Below the pieces are notes generated by a model, which was given only the letters and a program-made list of their open reading frames with translations, had not been told where the DNA came from and made no database searches. A DNA stretch of 64,000 nucleotides. Origin: Candidatus Delongbacteria bacterium (GTDB lineage Bacteria; UBA4055). Location: NCBI GenBank assembly GCA_003252515.1, contig QKDR01000159.1, forward strand, positions 4,811-68,810, given 5' to 3'. Within the stretch, counting starts at the first letter, position 1, and the number at the start of each line of letters is the position of its first letter. Positions 38,508 through 48,800 of this stretch are shown here, in pieces. A program made the translations under genes and the position numbers.

Positions 38508-39616
38508 TGGAAGAGTATGACAATCCCAACGCGGACAGCGGGACCTTTGCCTGCGTCGCCTGCGGCGCGGAACTGAAGTTCAAACCCGGAACGAAAGTCC
38601 TAAAGTGCGAATACTGCGGCAACGAGAATGAAATACCTCAGATCGAAACGGAGATCGAAGAGCTTGACTTCGAATCGTATATCGGCAGGGACGAGACCTC
38701 CGTTCAGATATCTGTCCACGTGGTCAAGTGCGAAAGCTGCGGTGCTTCCTCTACCCTTGATCCGAAGCTGAAATCCGCATCATGTCCCTATTGCGCGACA
38801 CCGCTGATAATAACTTCGGCGCACGACGAGTTCATGATACAGCCGAGATCTCTACTACCGTTCAAAATTGAAATTAAAGAAGCGTATTCCGAATTCATAA
38901 AATGGGTTAAGAAGCTCTGGTTCGCACCGGGTGATCTTAAAAAGTCTTCACTCGGTACCGAGATGTTCAAGGGTATCTATGTTCCCTACTGGACTTTCGA
39001 TTCGGATACGTCGACTTCATACACAGGTCAGAGAGGCGTTCACTATTATGTAACGGAAACCTATACGACTACGGTGAACGGAAAATCGGTAACCAAGACC
39101 AGGCAGGTCAGGAAAACGAGATGGTCTTTCACTTCCGGGCATGTAAAAAGGCTTTTCGACGACGTACTGACTGTCGCCTCGAAGTCGCTGCCGGAAAAAT
39201 ACATCTACGAACTTGAACCCTGGGACCTTGAAAATCTCGTCCCTTTCGACGAAAAATATCTCAGCGGTTTCATAACCGAAAAATATCAGATCGAACTCAA
39301 ACCGGGTTTCGAGATCGCAAAAGGGATCATGAACGGTGTGATCAGGCAGGACATCCGCAAAGATATAGGCGGAGACGAACAGAGAATATTTACCGTGAAC
39401 ACTTCACACAGAGACATTACTTTCAAACATATACTGCTGCCTGTTTACATCAGTGCGTTCAGGTATAAAAATAAAATTTACAGATTCCTTGTGAACGCAA
39501 GAACGGGTGAAGTTCAGGGAGAAAGGCCTTACAGCTGGATAAAGATAACATTCGCGGCACTGTCGGCACTGCTGGTAATTTCGGCTTTCATATACTTTAC
39601 AAATAAGCAAGGATAA
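38504..39616 (+). CDS. Zinc-ribbon domain protein with a C-terminal transmembrane anchor (partner of the SPFH gene)
   Basis: Four CxxC pairs (CVACG, CEYCG, CESCG, CPYCA) form two zinc ribbons. C-terminal TM helix. Start overlaps the upstream stop (GTGATGG). Confidence 0.5.
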   Translation: MMEEYDNPNADSGTFACVACGAELKFKPGTKVLKCEYCGNENEIPQIETEIEELDFESYIGRDETSVQISVHVVKCESCGASSTLDPKLKSASCPYCATPLIITSAHDEFMIQPRSLLPFKIEIKEAYSEFIKWVKKLWFAPGDLKKSSLGTEMFKGIYVPYWTFDSDTSTSYTGQRGVHYYVTETYTTTVNGKSVTKTRQVRKTRWSFTSGHVKRLFDDVLTVASKSLPEKYIYELEPWDLENLVPFDEKYLSGFITEKYQIELKPGFEIAKGIMNGVIRQDIRKDIGGDEQRIFTVNTSHRDITFKHILLPVYISAFRYKNKIYRFLVNARTGEVQGERPYSWIKITFAALSALLVISAFIYFTNKQG

Positions 39617-39620
39617 ATAT

Positions 39621-39655
39621 TGACTTTGCTTCACGCTTATCTTAAATTTTATAAG
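39621..39655 (+). promoter_or_regulatory. Candidate sigma70-type promoter for frr (TTGACT-N17-TAAATT)
   Basis: Hexamers read directly from the sequence about 45 nt upstream of the frr RBS AAAGGAG. Confidence 0.3.
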
Positions 39656-39701
39656 ATTAATTGATTATTTTGAAATTCACAAAAAATAAAAGGAGCCAAC
39701 C

Positions 39702-40277
39702 ATGTCAGTTAACGAAACCGAAATGATCAGACCGGTGATCGAAAGATGCGAAGATAAAATGAACAAGGCGATTGAGCATCTGACTCACGAATTCGAAAGA
39801 GTAAAGGCAGGTAAAGCAAATTCTCACACTCTGGACCCGGTTAAAGTCGAATCTTACGGAGCTCTTGTACCTCTGAACCAGGTGGCAAATCTCGCTATTC
39901 CGGAACCCAGGCTTATTGTGATCACACCTTGGGATAAATCTCAGATCAAAAATATCGAAAAAGGGATAATCAACGCGAATCTCGGTTTTAACCCTATCAG
40001 CGACGGGAACGTCATAAGAGTACAGATCCCGGCTTTGACTGAAGAGACAAGAAAAGATCTGGTTAAAAACGTCAAAAAGGAAGGCGAAAATACAAAAGTT
40101 ACTGTCAGGAACGCAAGAAAGGACGCCAATTCCGAACTGGATAAAATGGTCAAGGACGGACTGAGTGAGAACAGAAGAGATGTAGAGAAAGAAAATGTTC
40201 AGAAACTTACAGACAAATATATAAATGAAGTTGACGGCCTTGTAACCGCAAAAGAAAAAGAGATAATGACAATTTAA
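39702..40277 (+). CDS. frr: Ribosome recycling factor
   Basis: Full-length RRF signature (191 aa, KAGKANSHTLDPVKVESYG, RNARKDAN). Confidence 0.9.
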   Translation: MSVNETEMIRPVIERCEDKMNKAIEHLTHEFERVKAGKANSHTLDPVKVESYGALVPLNQVANLAIPEPRLIVITPWDKSQIKNIEKGIINANLGFNPISDGNVIRVQIPALTEETRKDLVKNVKKEGENTKVTVRNARKDANSELDKMVKDGLSENRRDVEKENVQKLTDKYINEVDGLVTAKEKEIMTI

Positions 40278-40292
40278 CTGCAGCAGAGGCTG

Positions 40293-41981
40293 ATGAACAA
40301 TATAAAAGATTCAGTGATAAATAAGATCCGGGAAGCTTATCCGGCATTAAAAACTATTGCGGAAGCGTCATGTTTTGAAGTGCCTAAAAATCCGGAGCAC
40401 GGGGATACGGCTCTTCCCTGCTTCAGGTTCGCGTCGGTTATGAAAAAAGCACCGTCGTCAATAGCCGACGAACTAAAAAAACTGTTCAACGGCGACCCGA
40501 ATTTCGAGAGCGTGGAGAACATTAGCGGTTATCTGAACTTTAAATATTCAAGAAAAACCTTCGCGGACTTCGTTATTTCATCACTGAACTCCGGAGCAGT
40601 CTATAATAACCTTAAAGAAAAAGGTTCCGGAAAAACTATGGTGATCGACTATTCTTCACTGAACATAGCTAAAGAACCGCATATCGGTCACCTGAGATCC
40701 ACAATCATAGGAAATTCGCTGTACAGGATCTACGATTTCCTCGGATGGAATGTGGTAAGGATAAACCATCTCGGAGACTGGGGAACCCAGTTCGGTAAAC
40801 TTATCTACGCTTACAAAACATGGGGAAATGAGAAAAATCTTTCATCAAATCCCGTAAGATATCTTCAGGAATTATACGTAAGGTTTCACAGCGAGGAGGA
40901 AAAAGACCCGGAACTGTCGGACAAAGCCAGAGAGTGGTTCTTTAAGCTCGAGAACGGTAACACGGAAGCCCGGTCGCTATGGCAGAGGTTTAAGGATTAT
41001 ACTATAGAAGGTGTCAAAGCTACATACGACAGGATCGGAGTGTCTTTTGATTTTTACAGAGGCGAAGGATATTATGAAGATAAAGCCAGGGATATTATAA
41101 AGGAAGTCGAGGCAAGCCCGGTATCAAGGATCAGCGACGGCGCTCTGATAATCGATCTTGAGGACTACGGAATGCCTCCGTGTCTGGTGAGAAAAAGCGA
41201 CGGAGCATCGATCTATTCTACCAGAGATCTCGCGGCAGCTATAGACAGGCATAATGAATTCAATTTCGATAAGATGCTGTATGTTACAGAACTTAAGCAG
41301 CAGCTTCACTTCCATCAGGTATTCAAAGCACTGGAACTCCTCGGTTACGGATGGATATCGAAAGCGGAACATATCGGTTTCGGATCTATTCTGGGAATCT
41401 CAACCAGAAAAGGCTCCGTCATTTATCTCGAGGATATTTTCGACGAAGCTAAGAGCAGAGTTCTCGACATTATGAAGGACAGGGATATTGCAGATAATGA
41501 AAAAGAAGAGATCGCCGACAAGATAGGGATCGGCGCTGTGATCTTCCAGGACCTCAGCCGCTCGAGGGTGAAGAATATTGAGTTCGACTGGGAGAGAGTT
41601 CTTTCGTTCGAAGGGGAGACAGGGCCGTACCTCCAGTATTCCTATGTAAGAATCGTAAATATCATCCACAAGGCCGGCGTTCCCGTCAATCAGGAAACGG
41701 ACTACAGTCTTCTCTCTGACGACATGACTTACGAACTTATCAAAACTATGTCATATTTTGAGAACAGGATAACGGCGGCTTACAATGAACACGAACCGTC
41801 GGTCATAGCAGGTTATCTTCTGGACCTTGCGAAGAACTTCAACAGGTTTTACAGGGTCAACCGGATAATAGGGGAAGAGCCGTATGCCGCAGAAGCCAGG
41901 ATCAGACTTCTGATCGCTCTCGAAGGCATTTTCAGAAGATGTCTTCAGATACTCAACATACCAGTAATCGATAAAATGTAG
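40293..41981 (+). CDS. argS: Arginine--tRNA ligase
   Basis: Class I HIGH motif (PHIGHLRSTIIGN) and a C-terminal DALR anticodon-binding region. 562 aa. Confidence 0.9.
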   Translation: MNNIKDSVINKIREAYPALKTIAEASCFEVPKNPEHGDTALPCFRFASVMKKAPSSIADELKKLFNGDPNFESVENISGYLNFKYSRKTFADFVISSLNSGAVYNNLKEKGSGKTMVIDYSSLNIAKEPHIGHLRSTIIGNSLYRIYDFLGWNVVRINHLGDWGTQFGKLIYAYKTWGNEKNLSSNPVRYLQELYVRFHSEEEKDPELSDKAREWFFKLENGNTEARSLWQRFKDYTIEGVKATYDRIGVSFDFYRGEGYYEDKARDIIKEVEASPVSRISDGALIIDLEDYGMPPCLVRKSDGASIYSTRDLAAAIDRHNEFNFDKMLYVTELKQQLHFHQVFKALELLGYGWISKAEHIGFGSILGISTRKGSVIYLEDIFDEAKSRVLDIMKDRDIADNEKEEIADKIGIGAVIFQDLSRSRVKNIEFDWERVLSFEGETGPYLQYSYVRIVNIIHKAGVPVNQETDYSLLSDDMTYELIKTMSYFENRITAAYNEHEPSVIAGYLLDLAKNFNRFYRVNRIIGEEPYAAEARIRLLIALEGIFRRCLQILNIPVIDKM

Positions 41982-41991
41982 GATCAGTATC

Positions 41992-44900
41992 TTGGAAACC
42001 GAAGAAATAAAGAACATCGATAATAAATACAGAGTTATCCGGAAGCTTGGCAAAGGCGGATCGAGCACTGTATATCTGGTCGAGGATTACAACGGCAACA
42101 AACTCGCTCTCAAACTTCTTAACAGGCACTCGACTCAGAAGAAGATACAGAGACTGAAGAACGAATTCAGGCTCATGTGCGCGTTAAACCATAAAAATAT
42201 AGCTAAAGTGTTCGATTTCGGATATGATCCGGATCTCGGAAATTATTATTTCACTCTGGAATATATACCGGACGGTAATTTCATTACTTTCAACCAGATC
42301 TTTAACTCAAAGGAGATGAAGCTCGAATCTTTTTATCAGCTTCTGAGCGGTCTCAGTTACCTGCACTCCAATAATTTCATTCATTACGATATTTCTCCAA
42401 ATAACGTTCTGATAAAAAAAGAGTTCGACGGTTTTACCGTCAAGATCACGGACTTCGGTCTGACGACCCAGTTCGATACGCCGAACTACAACTATGCCGG
42501 CACTTTGAACTACATGTCCCCGGAAATGATCAGGGGACTTACTACTATAGATTCGAGAAGCGATCTTTTTTCCGCAGGGCTTATACTGGCTAACCTTCTT
42601 AATTCCGAATTCGTTTACACACCGTCCTCAACTATCCACGAGTTCTTCGATAAAAGAATTAAGTTCGACGAGACCATCATTCTCGAAAAAATAAATAAGA
42701 TAGATGATCCGGATTTCAAGAAATTCCTGCGAAAACTTCTGGAAGTTGAACCCGTAGGCAGATACGCTTCTGCTAACGACACGATACAGGCAATGAATCA
42801 GATCTTCAGGAAAGAATACGATATTATAGCTTCATACAGTACTAAATCAACTTTTTCCGACACCACGATCTTCAGAGAGAATGAGTACAGGACAATACTG
42901 TCGATATTCAATTCCTCGAAAGAAAAAACAGGTAAAAGAAATTTCATTGTCATCAGCGGTGAATCGGGCTCGGGCAAAAAGAAACTCGTCGACGAGTTCA
43001 AGATCCAGTGCCAGCTGACGAACCATGAGATTTACAAAATAAATTTTCTCGAAAAACCTGAAAGTAATAATCTGGAACCACTTAAAAATCTGATCATGTC
43101 AATAGGTAAAATTATCAGGAACGGGAATCCCGATACCAAGATACTGGACAGATTATTTTACGGAGCGGAAAATATAAAAGACAATGACATACAGGATATT
43201 TTTCCCGTAGTTGAAAAATTCGTTAAGGACGTTTCTCCCGGTAATATGCTCATCGTGGCTCTCAACAATATAGAATACGCGGATAAATTCTCTCTGGATT
43301 TCATAAATCTGTTGCTCAATAAATTTTACAGGAATCTTAACATATTCATAGTAATTTCCGTAAATCCGAGAAAAATAAAGGATAACAGAAAAGTCCTTCA
43401 CAGCATTCTCAACGCGCCGAACGATATGAGGTCCGTAATAACCATACCGAACCTGAACCTCGAGCAGATCAGAAAAATAGTCAACACGTACTTTTTCAAC
43501 CTTAAAGACGCTCCCGAATTCTTTTACACAAAACTCCAGAACGTTACAGGCAACAGTATCAGAAGGCTGATAGATATTCTTAAAATGCTGTACTCGAACA
43601 ATATAATTATCAGGACTTACAGCGGTTATTCTTATAAAACATCTACAAAATTCGAGGATATGCTCAATGATTTTATAAAAAATGAGATAATTTTCGCGCC
43701 CAGATTACTTTCTCCGGAAGAATTCTCGGTACTTAAAGCGCTGTGCGTATCTCTTGTGCCGCTCTCGATCGAACAGATCACCGGAATTACGGATATTCCC
43801 GGATCTCAGGTTAGAGAGATCATTGATAAGCTCTATGAGGATTATTTCATAAGAACACAGGGTGAGAATGCTAATTTATATTCGATCACAGAAGATATTC
43901 TCAAAAGAATGGTGATCACTTCTTCAGGCGAAAATGAGATCAAGCATTATCACAGAAGGATATCATCGCTTGTATTTACCGATCTTAACATGCAGGATAC
44001 TACACGCAGGCTTTACAGGTTCGTACATATACTGGCCGGTCACAAGAACATTGATATTGATATGATGAATAAAATAGAAGTGGTGAAGAAAGGCCTTCTT
44101 AAGAACAGAGACATAACGAACCTGATAGAACTTTATCAGACACTTATATACAAGGTCGCTATCAACGACAGGCTCAAACTCAAACTTCTGTATGAAGTGA
44201 TATTTCTCATTTTTAAAAATCTCGTTCCCGAAAGCAATCAGCATTTTATTGAAGAGTACAGAAGTATTCTGTCAAGATACGATCATCCCGAAGAATTTTC
44301 ATTTGAAACAGACGCGGTGAATCTTATTGATCTGAATTTCGCGGAAAACTTTGATGAGGGTATCCTGATAATTGGCAGGCTTAGACCGTTCCTTGATGAC
44401 AAGAGCATGAGAAGGACCGTCGTGGAACTTATGGTCTATGTCATGCATCAGTCCTTTAATCACAGGAACGAATATCTTTACCTTGATGAACTTATCGAAT
44501 ATACTTCCGGCTCACTTTTCTGCAGAACAGTGAATCAGTATCTGATGATGTACGACCTTTATAACAGGAAAAATGAAGATTTTAAAAATGAACCGAAGAA
44601 ATTCGAGCAGCTCCTGTTCGAAGCTTTCAAGAACCTTAGAAATTCGGACGACAAAGTGTATGCGGCAAGAGCGTATCTTATAATGGGGTTCTATTATGAA
44701 AAGCTCGAATATTCCGATGAAGTGGAGAGGTTCTTCAATACCGCGATAGAATTTTTTCACGAGAACAGATTCCCTGTCTTCATTTTTTTTACAAGAAACG
44801 CTTATTCAACATATCTTGAAAAACATAATATGTTCAGAAAAGCCGTTGACGAAGCTAATAAAGCTTTTGTTTTCGATGTCAACTACAGCTTCCTGTTCAG

Positions 44901-45753
44901 CATCATCGATCTTATCGAACACAGATCCCAGTTAAGAATAAAACTTGAAGACCCGATACAGGAGATCATAAATGATCTGGTAATGCTCATTAATATAAAA
45001 ACAGGTGTTAAAAGCAGTATCGGCAAGGTGTATCAGAACATAATCAATCTGTATTTTGAAGCCGGAAAGTTCAACGACATGATGGAATATCTTACTTCGT
45101 ACATTATCTCCATGAACAACCGCAGGCGCGGCGAAGATACTGAAAGCCTTTCTTTCTATATCAGATCTTTCCTGAAGAACTATACTATAAACGAGATATT
45201 CGATTACACCAAGCAGTATTTTGCCGAAATGAACATCTCCGAAGACAGATTCCTTGATCTTGTATACTCTGTCAGAGAGGAAATGCAGAACGAGAAAGAA
45301 ACAACTCCCGACACTCTTTCCAATGACATTCTTATTAACGTGATAGACCGTCTCACTGACGACAAATCCGTTGACATTGACGGAATATATAAACTGATGG
45401 AGAATTACGACAAGAACGCGCCGCTGTTCAACAGAGCGAACCTTTTCATGGCCCTGCACTTTAATAATGATTATTCGAACACGCTTAATCAGCTTTATCA
45501 GGACATTGTGCTGCTCTACGGCAAAGGTTATTCGAACATGGCTCAGAAATATTCGACCGCTCTTGCGAAATACGTGTTCTATAAAAAACAGGACAACAAC
45601 GGATTTTTATCGTTCACCAAACTGTCGATGAAGATCAACGGCGAGATATTCCTTAATTCTCCTGACAACATCAAGAACGCCATTATGAAAAATCCCGACA
45701 TTAAACTGCTTAAAGATATAATCAGCAATCTCAAAATGAGATTTCAGAAATAA
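41992..45753 (+). CDS. Ser/Thr protein kinase fused to an AAA/STAND-like ATPase domain and a long TPR-like helical C-terminal region
   Basis: Kinase G-loop LGKGGSSTVY, catalytic HYDISPNNVLI, DFG, and SPE. Walker A ISGESGSGKKK around aa 320. C-terminal 700 aa helical repeats. TTG start. Confidence 0.75.
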   Translation: METEEIKNIDNKYRVIRKLGKGGSSTVYLVEDYNGNKLALKLLNRHSTQKKIQRLKNEFRLMCALNHKNIAKVFDFGYDPDLGNYYFTLEYIPDGNFITFNQIFNSKEMKLESFYQLLSGLSYLHSNNFIHYDISPNNVLIKKEFDGFTVKITDFGLTTQFDTPNYNYAGTLNYMSPEMIRGLTTIDSRSDLFSAGLILANLLNSEFVYTPSSTIHEFFDKRIKFDETIILEKINKIDDPDFKKFLRKLLEVEPVGRYASANDTIQAMNQIFRKEYDIIASYSTKSTFSDTTIFRENEYRTILSIFNSSKEKTGKRNFIVISGESGSGKKKLVDEFKIQCQLTNHEIYKINFLEKPESNNLEPLKNLIMSIGKIIRNGNPDTKILDRLFYGAENIKDNDIQDIFPVVEKFVKDVSPGNMLIVALNNIEYADKFSLDFINLLLNKFYRNLNIFIVISVNPRKIKDNRKVLHSILNAPNDMRSVITIPNLNLEQIRKIVNTYFFNLKDAPEFFYTKLQNVTGNSIRRLIDILKMLYSNNIIIRTYSGYSYKTSTKFEDMLNDFIKNEIIFAPRLLSPEEFSVLKALCVSLVPLSIEQITGITDIPGSQVREIIDKLYEDYFIRTQGENANLYSITEDILKRMVITSSGENEIKHYHRRISSLVFTDLNMQDTTRRLYRFVHILAGHKNIDIDMMNKIEVVKKGLLKNRDITNLIELYQTLIYKVAINDRLKLKLLYEVIFLIFKNLVPESNQHFIEEYRSILSRYDHPEEFSFETDAVNLIDLNFAENFDEGILIIGRLRPFLDDKSMRRTVVELMVYVMHQSFNHRNEYLYLDELIEYTSGSLFCRTVNQYLMMYDLYNRKNEDFKNEPKKFEQLLFEAFKNLRNSDDKVYAARAYLIMGFYYEKLEYSDEVERFFNTAIEFFHENRFPVFIFFTRNAYSTYLEKHNMFRKAVDEANKAFVFDVNYSFLFSIIDLIEHRSQLRIKLEDPIQEIINDLVMLINIKTGVKSSIGKVYQNIINLYFEAGKFNDMMEYLTSYIISMNNRRRGEDTESLSFYIRSFLKNYTINEIFDYTKQYFAEMNISEDRFLDLVYSVREEMQNEKETTPDTLSNDILINVIDRLTDDKSVDIDGIYKLMENYDKNAPLFNRANLFMALHFNNDYSNTLNQLYQDIVLLYGKGYSNMAQKYSTALAKYVFYKKQDNNGFLSFTKLSMKINGEIFLNSPDNIKNAIMKNPDIKLLKDIISNLKMRFQK

Positions 45754-46199
45754 TGCCCAGAAAAATTGACACGATAGTGATCCACTGCAGCGCAACGGAA
45801 TTCGGCGGCAGAACGCTTTTCAAAAGATGGCACAGGAAGCTGGGATGGGACGACGTCGGCTACCATTTTATTATCACGAACGCTTACCCGAAGAAGAAAT
45901 ACTGGAAAGAGAAGACTCCCGACTTTAAGGCCGACGGAAGAATAGAGAACGGCCGCCCGGTAGAACTTACCGGAGCTCATGTCAGGCTTCACAACGAGAA
46001 TACCATCGGCATCTGTCTGGTCGGAGACAGGACTTTCACCGGCAGGCAGTTCGATTCACTGAACAAACTTGTAAAGAGACTTTCCGCTGAATATGGCATA
46101 AATATCATCAAAGGCCATTACGAGTATGATACTGCTCAGGAACAGGGCAAGACATGCCCCAATATCAATATGGATCATCTCAGATCTCTTTTAATTTAA
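45753..46199 (+). CDS. N-acetylmuramoyl-L-alanine amidase, Amidase_2 (AmpD/T7-lysozyme/PGRP) family, no signal peptide
   Basis: IVIHCSAT...GYHFII... zinc-binding pattern of the Amidase_2 family. Start overlaps the kinase stop (TAATG). Confidence 0.75.
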   Translation: MPRKIDTIVIHCSATEFGGRTLFKRWHRKLGWDDVGYHFIITNAYPKKKYWKEKTPDFKADGRIENGRPVELTGAHVRLHNENTIGICLVGDRTFTGRQFDSLNKLVKRLSAEYGINIIKGHYEYDTAQEQGKTCPNINMDHLRSLLI

Positions 46200-46221
46200 A
46201 ATAATACCGCCGGGTCTGCTT

Positions 46222-47466
46222 TCAGGATCCGTTCCTGGTCTTTTTTAAAAATTCGCCGTAATGCTTTTCGGCACATTCCGGACATACCGAGTGGCTCATT
46301 GTCGCTTCAGATCTATTATGAATATACGATTCTACTTCGTCCCAGTGCCCTTCCTCATCCCTGATCTTCTTGCAGAACGAGCATATCGGCAGAAGTCCGT
46401 CGAGAACTTTGATCTCTTCACGGGCGGCGTTGAGTTCACGGTTCTTAAGAATCGTAACTGTCAGCAAAGTTAAAAAAAGCATTATCACGGCAAATCTGAT
46501 GCTGCCATATATAAAATATGACATAATGAGTTTATCTCTGTACTCATCTTTCATGATCCCGGTTAAATATGCGACCGGTTCATTGTCGAAATTCAGGATG
46601 CGGATGATCGTTACTGTAAAATTTTTATCGTCGACTTCTGTGATCAAAGTCCCCGAACTGAAAGAGTCAAAAAGTTCCTGAGCTTTTGGGTTTTCATAAA
46701 ATTTCCTGAATATTTTAGGATATTCTATTCCGTTAATGATCTTTCTTATTATCTTATCATGCCCTTCTCTTTCTACATAGAAATTATTATTGGCATTACA
46801 GGTCAGATAACTCTCATTCCCTGCAGCGGATGATTTTCTGTCAACGATCTCTCTTGAGATCATGAAACTGCAGGCGATATCCTTATTTTCTTCAATTATC
46901 GATATGATCCCTAGATAGGATACGCTAAGTTCCACTGATCCTATATGTGTACCTTCGTATTCAAGCGGGAATACATACCTGAATGCGCTTAACACCGTCC
47001 CTTCTTCAAAACCCTGAGAATATTCTTTGTATTTATTTGTATGGCTGACAGTACTTCTTACTTCGCTAAGATCATCTCCATATCTGTCAGGCGAATGGAA
47101 TCTGAGAAAACTTGTATTGTCGGATAAGTGGAAATGTACCTGTCTGTATTTATGTCTTTCCATCTCTTCATATGAAGTCCTCAGGGTGCTGTATAATTTC
47201 TTACGGATATCCGCTTTTTCGAGACTGTCGGCTTTATTCGCTTTTGCGATCAGCGAAAGTATCTCGGGTTTATTTATTTCCAGATTAAAGATCAGACCTG
47301 CAGGAACGCTGTAGGCCTGTACAATTTTTTCGTAAGCTGTCTCAAGATCAGTTGTCTTACTGTTCAGGTAAGTATGCAATTCATTATTGTAGGCTGTCCG
47401 GATCAAATACAGGAACAGAACTGACGTTGTCAGATAAATGAAAATAATTATGAACTTTGTCCGCAT
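46222..47466 (-). CDS. Membrane sensor protein: periplasmic Cache-like domain + TM + conserved C-terminal Cys-rich module
   Basis: N-terminal TM, about 280-aa extracytoplasmic domain, second TM, then LPICSFCKKIRDEEGHWDEVESYIHNRSEATMSHSVCPECAEKHY (a CxxC...CxxC module). RBS AGGGGAGA. Confidence 0.5.
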   Translation of the reverse strand: MRTKFIIIFIYLTTSVLFLYLIRTAYNNELHTYLNSKTTDLETAYEKIVQAYSVPAGLIFNLEINKPEILSLIAKANKADSLEKADIRKKLYSTLRTSYEEMERHKYRQVHFHLSDNTSFLRFHSPDRYGDDLSEVRSTVSHTNKYKEYSQGFEEGTVLSAFRYVFPLEYEGTHIGSVELSVSYLGIISIIEENKDIACSFMISREIVDRKSSAAGNESYLTCNANNNFYVEREGHDKIIRKIINGIEYPKIFRKFYENPKAQELFDSFSSGTLITEVDDKNFTVTIIRILNFDNEPVAYLTGIMKDEYRDKLIMSYFIYGSIRFAVIMLFLTLLTVTILKNRELNAAREEIKVLDGLLPICSFCKKIRDEEGHWDEVESYIHNRSEATMSHSVCPECAEKHYGEFLKKTRNGS

Positions 47467-47533
47467 AAATTTCTCCCCTTTGTAATTTATGAAACAAAGG
47501 ACAGAAAAAGTATGTTATTTATCAATTAATGGA

Positions 47534-48703
47534 TCAGATACCTTTTTCCCGGTATTTATACACCCTTATGCACTGATTGTCCTGATCAACGTAAAAAAGC
47601 TTTCCACCTCGCATGAACAATTCGGAATATACGAACGAGAAATCTTTACTTTTAATGAACGGAAGTCTGATTGTATTGAGATATACACCGTTTTCGAATA
47701 TATCAACCGATAACCCTTCCTGATCTTTTTTATTGTTTGTGGGTGATACTACCCACAGCCTGCCGTTCGCATCCACGTACATGTTGTTTATCGCTTTATA
47801 CTTCAGTGTTCTGTTCTTAGCCGGCGTCTTGAATTTTCTGTAGAATGAACCTCCCAGATTGTCAGGGTTGAACATATAGACTGCGGCCATGGAATCCGGT
47901 TCGATCTCTGACCTGTATTTCTTTCTTATCTCAGTGACCTTGTTGAAATCTTTATCGTATCCGAATATCTTATAACTGTCTTCCGACACATCACCCACGT
48001 AAAGCATATCCTTTCCTGCCGCGTACCTGACATACATATCGCTGACCCTGAACACTCTCATGCTTGTTCTGGTATCTTTAGAGTAGATTGTCCGCTCAAT
48101 ATTCTCGAAATTTGAATCTATAAGCGCTATGGAAGTGGTAAGGATCACCTCCGTATCATCGGCTTTTCTCGATTCTGTGTTCATCAGCATCCGGCCGTTG
48201 AAAGGCAGCTGTCCTGAAAATCCCGAACTGATCTTCGGAGGTATCTTTTTAATAAATTTCCCTTCAGTATCATAAATATTAGTTTCCGTAGTATTCCAGC
48301 ATGTAGCAAGTATATTACCTCCGAAGTAGGTCAGCGACGCGGGTCCCCCTCTGAATTCGCCGGGCCCTACCCCTTTTCCTCCGAAAGAGGAAATAAATTT
48401 GTAATCCGGCGAGAACTTCAGCACTCTGGCTATCATACTTCCGGCAACATATATATTGCCGTCCCTGTCCTCAATGACCGCTGTAGGCTGCCTGAAGTTC
48501 CTCAGTTCATTATTCTGTCCGTCAGAGAAAGAAATTACTCCATCCTCGGTAAACTCGTAACCGAATTCCGGAGCAGACGGAACAGCGCTGTTATTGCAGA
48601 CAGTAACTCCGTTGACCTCAGTAACGACCTGATCTGTCTTTTTTCCGCAGCTTACAAGCATTATAAGTCCCGTCAATACCACCGTAAACATCCTGATCTT
48701 CAT
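47534..48703 (-). CDS. Lipoprotein with NHL/6-bladed beta-propeller-like repeats
   Basis: Start at the internal Met with RBS AAGGGAGAG. Lipobox LVSC|GKK. GxGxGEF-type repeat (GGKGVGPGEFRG). Confidence 0.5.
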   Translation of the reverse strand: MKIRMFTVVLTGLIMLVSCGKKTDQVVTEVNGVTVCNNSAVPSAPEFGYEFTEDGVISFSDGQNNELRNFRQPTAVIEDRDGNIYVAGSMIARVLKFSPDYKFISSFGGKGVGPGEFRGGPASLTYFGGNILATCWNTTETNIYDTEGKFIKKIPPKISSGFSGQLPFNGRMLMNTESRKADDTEVILTTSIALIDSNFENIERTIYSKDTRTSMRVFRVSDMYVRYAAGKDMLYVGDVSEDSYKIFGYDKDFNKVTEIRKKYRSEIEPDSMAAVYMFNPDNLGGSFYRKFKTPAKNRTLKYKAINNMYVDANGRLWVVSPTNNKKDQEGLSVDIFENGVYLNTIRLPFIKSKDFSFVYSELFMRGGKLFYVDQDNQCIRVYKYREKGI

Positions 48704-48800
48704 TGAGCTCTCCCTTTTTTTAAAACTGTTAAAATGTAACAACATGCGGCGTCTGATCAAAGATTTATTCGACAAAACAGCATATTTACGGCATAAACGG

